This document shows positions 48,479 through 51,619 of a stretch of 51,619 bases of DNA, in pieces. Numbering within the stretch: position 1 is the stretch's first letter; each line of letters begins with the position of its first letter. A model generated the notes under the pieces. The model was not told where the DNA came from. It was given only the letters and a program-made list of their open reading frames with translations, and did not search any database. A program made the position numbers and the translations under genes. The stretch is taken from NCBI GenBank assembly GCA_045837725.1, contig JBEWZL010000211.1:62001-113619 (forward strand), in the 5' to 3' direction. The DNA is from Vermamoeba vermiformis. Taxonomy: Eukaryota.

Positions 48479-51111
48479 TTAGTTTACATTAGCGACGCTT
48501 ATAAGGAATGGATAACCGTCTAGAGGTAATTCTCCGACATAAGTATAGCCTTCATCAGGTGCTGGGTAATAGCGGTCATGTCGATCTGTTACGCTGCCCA
48601 ACAAGAAACTAACGATCTTTCTGCTATTATAATCAGTGACCGTCAACACATTTCCGCGGTCAGCAACAGCCGCATTGACTGGATCATGCAGCCTTATATC
48701 TTGGAATCGTTTGTACACAGCGCCTTGGCCGTCTTGTGTAACGCATCCAGCGACTTCACGAGATCCTCGGCAAACGACGTAGAAATGGTTATTGACGGGG
48801 TCTGACGCTCTTGAAGCGTTATTGGTGCCTGGAGGGATCAACGGCAAGCTTCTTGAGGCAAATCGGGCTGGAACGATGGATGTAGGCCCATCGCAGACTG
48901 GGAACGAGCCCATGATTTTAAGATCTTCGTTAATATGGTAGCTATATCTTGCCATTAACGAGGATGTGTCCATAATAACAACGGTGCCGTTCGCAAGGGC
49001 CACGTGGGCTTTGTACCGATCCGCAGTCCACCGATCAATATTTTTGCCAGCCAATACTGCAACAGGTCGTTCCATTTCAAATGTTTCGACGATCTGAGGC
49101 TTAACGGATTGCTTAACTGATCGTTTATGCGTTGCTTTGACGGGTTCTTCATTGTAGTTATCGCCGCTCCGAGCAACTTTGATGGATTGTAGCAGATCGC
49201 TCCAAGTATGACGAGAGGCAGGTGACGCGATTGAATTGGAAGTAGGTGCAGTATATCCAGTACCACTAGCAGCAGGAACTTCAATGGCGTCGGATTCAAA
49301 AGTAGGAGGCCAAGTACCAGCAGCTCGTGCATCGCGAGTATCGTTGAAATTCATCAGCCAAGCCTCGCGGAACTCTAACAAGAGGTGACAAGTCGACGAT
49401 GCAGACTTTGTTCTCGAATTTACTGGCAATGATCGCGTAGCCTTTAGTAGCGACAACTGAATTCCAAGATCCGTTGTAAAGTGCTTGACGAACTCCAGCA
49501 CTTTCAAAGTCCAACTGACCCAAAGTCATACCGTTAGTATCACTCGGACCGGTCCACCTATATTTAAGAGCGATTAGAAGAAAGTTTCAGTTTTGCCAAA
49601 AAAGGAAATAATTTGTAACGAGCTTGTGAACGTACTTATGATTACTAGCAGCATCGACGGAGGTAGGAGCTACCATAGGGAGGTTGACATAGCCCAATAA
49701 GACCAAGTCCGAGAATGAACCTTGGTTAACTAAGCCCAAGTACTTGGTAGTATGGAACGGCAGGTACTTTCCTTCAATAGCAATCACTGCAAGTTTAGCA
49801 ATGTGTGTTTGAGTGTCCCAGAGCGTTACCACGACCAGTTCATTGCCACTCGTAACTGCGAGATCCGTCGGGATCAGATGCGGAGGAAATTTGATGCCAG
49901 GAAAAGGACGATCACCGCCAGCACGTGAAGTTTGAAGACCATTGACCCCGAGCAAGCCAGATCTATAAATAGTCAACGCTTCGTTTTGTAATTGCGCGTA
50001 GTTTCGTTTCGATGCTACGGGGAATTGAGCGCTTCCATTGTACTCTGGCGCTCTAGTTTGTGGATCCGGATGAGGAGTTCCGCTCGGCAAGTCCCAACGA
50101 GGTGATAAGGCAAAGACATTGTCGTAGTAGGCCAAAGTTTGAATGCGATCCATTCCCGGATCGTCTTTGTTTACCGGGATGTAGCCGACTTGACCAGCAG
50201 TTGACCAATAATCATTGTCTGTAGCGCAACCTTGTCGTCCTAATTCATAGGGAGAGTATTTGTTGAGGTAAGAAGTTGGGCAAGTCCAGGTACCAGGTTG
50301 CGGAATCGTTGGTCGATCTTCGGGTGCATCCGGATGCAGGTCAGCAAAAGAAGGACCAAGACGCTTCGACATTGCTTTCGGAGACCAATTAGCCCAATAC
50401 TTTTCGAATTCCGCACGATTAACAGTTCCATCGGGATAAAGAATAGTATCGGGGACGTAATCATCCATCGCCGGATCTTCGCCAAGAATAATTACGCGGA
50501 TAGAGTTGCTGCCGTAGACAGTAGTACTTTCAGCATGCGTAGCTCTAGCTTTGAAGTTATAAACGCCTAAATGACGCAACATTAGTCGGTTTGGATTGCA
50601 TCTCCTCGCAGAAATTTCATCGAAAGATTTTCTGGATTAATTTCGCAGTTTATCGTTAAAATGAAGCAATTAGAAGCAATATAAGACTACGTTAAAATAA
50701 ATTAATCGGATGCGATCAGATTTTGGTGGATTAAAAGCTTTTGAACGGATGAAAAAATTAAATTTGCGACTTACCAACATCAGTCACGGTCACTTTAGCT
50801 GTTTTAACCGACAAAGAGCTATTGCCTATAATACCCCATTGCCATTCAGGACTCGTAAGCCATCCATTGTAACTCATTGTTCCGTTCGGGTGCCGTACTT
50901 CGATGGTGTGGTTGGTCAGATCTCCACCCGCATCCGTGACGACTGCACGGAAAGTGATCTCAGTTCCAGTCTTGACTATAGTGTCGTAGTATATTCCGTT
51001 CACTGTGATGGTGTGCACCGGCTTGGTATGCAGCATCTGCGAATCCACTTCGGAAACGAAGACCAACACTGCGATAGCAACAAATAAATACAGAGGTCTG
51101 TTCGTGTGCAT
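48479..51111 (-). CDS. Secreted uncharacterised beta-rich protein (Ig-like N-domain plus possible propeller); two introns and an apparent frameshift at about 49380
   Basis: Signal peptide MHTNRPLYLFVAIAVLVFVSEVDSQ; long coding ORFs 50758-51111, 49587-50582, 49296-49529 and 48479-49507. Confidence 0.75.
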
Positions 51112-51619
51112 AGTGATGTGTTATTATATAACGATTTAAAAGCAAAATGTGCAAAAAAACTTGATTTTTATGCTTGGATCCGCTGTCAATTTGTCAACAA
51201 AAGTTGTTTTATGTCCCATTGCAAGTGTAGCACGTGAAATTTTAATAATTGACAGTTTAGATGAAGAGTTATAGTAACAGCATTTCTACTATGGAATAAT
51301 TTGTTTACATCTTGCTTTTCGTGGATCTGGCAAGCAAATCGAAATCGACTATAAATCACATATGAATCACCAGAATCTACTTTGAGACGGAATTCGTTTG
51401 GTTTTGGGCTATTTTTAGTCACATTTGACGACCTTGACATTTCACCACAGAAAAAGGTGATTTGAAGGTGATTTAAATCGCTAAAATGACAGGACGTAAC
51501 GTATTCGAGCGAACAATTGCAATAAATTATCGCACTGTAATCTTTTAGATATTTTTGGTTTGGACCAATCGCTCTTCACTCAAATCTTTTGCTTCGCGAT
51601 CCACGTAAATAACAAAAAG

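Noticed and set aside
1064-51154. Numerous short antisense or alternate-frame ORFs overlapping the called genes
   Set aside because: They are shadows of real exons with no independent motifs.
51186-51440. 84-aa ORF
   Set aside because: AT-rich upstream DNA with no recognisable features.

Overview
Gene-dense, AT-rich, intron-rich eukaryotic DNA with short GT-AG introns. It is most likely an amoebozoan or similar protist, inferred from gene content. In order, it holds: a tandem array of kelch-ectodomain receptor kinases with tyrosine-kinase signature motifs (one intact, two broken or fused); a divergent actin; a two-repeat hypothetical gene; a stand-alone CH-domain gene; a tRNA(CAT) preceded by a possibly structured non-coding segment; a divergent eIF2-alpha; a membrane F-box gene; a head-to-head, intron-containing treZ/treY pair (prokaryote-type glycogen-to-trehalose pathway); a SAMD9-like AlbA_2/STAND-NTPase/TPR/OB gene with a CpG-poor body; an intronless nucleoside deaminase; a GPI-type surface protein; a Cys-less pentameric ligand-gated channel divergent from a BMP-domain class C GPCR; a second membrane F-box gene; a PAAT/C10orf88-like gene; a tiny SFPxSDPP-motif gene; and three uncharacterised genes. 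The strongest candidates for novelty are the eukaryotic treYZ pair and the protist SAMD9-like putative antiviral gene. Exon structures were read by eye. Family calls come from remembered motifs, not database searches. Several single-base frameshifts are probably assembly errors.
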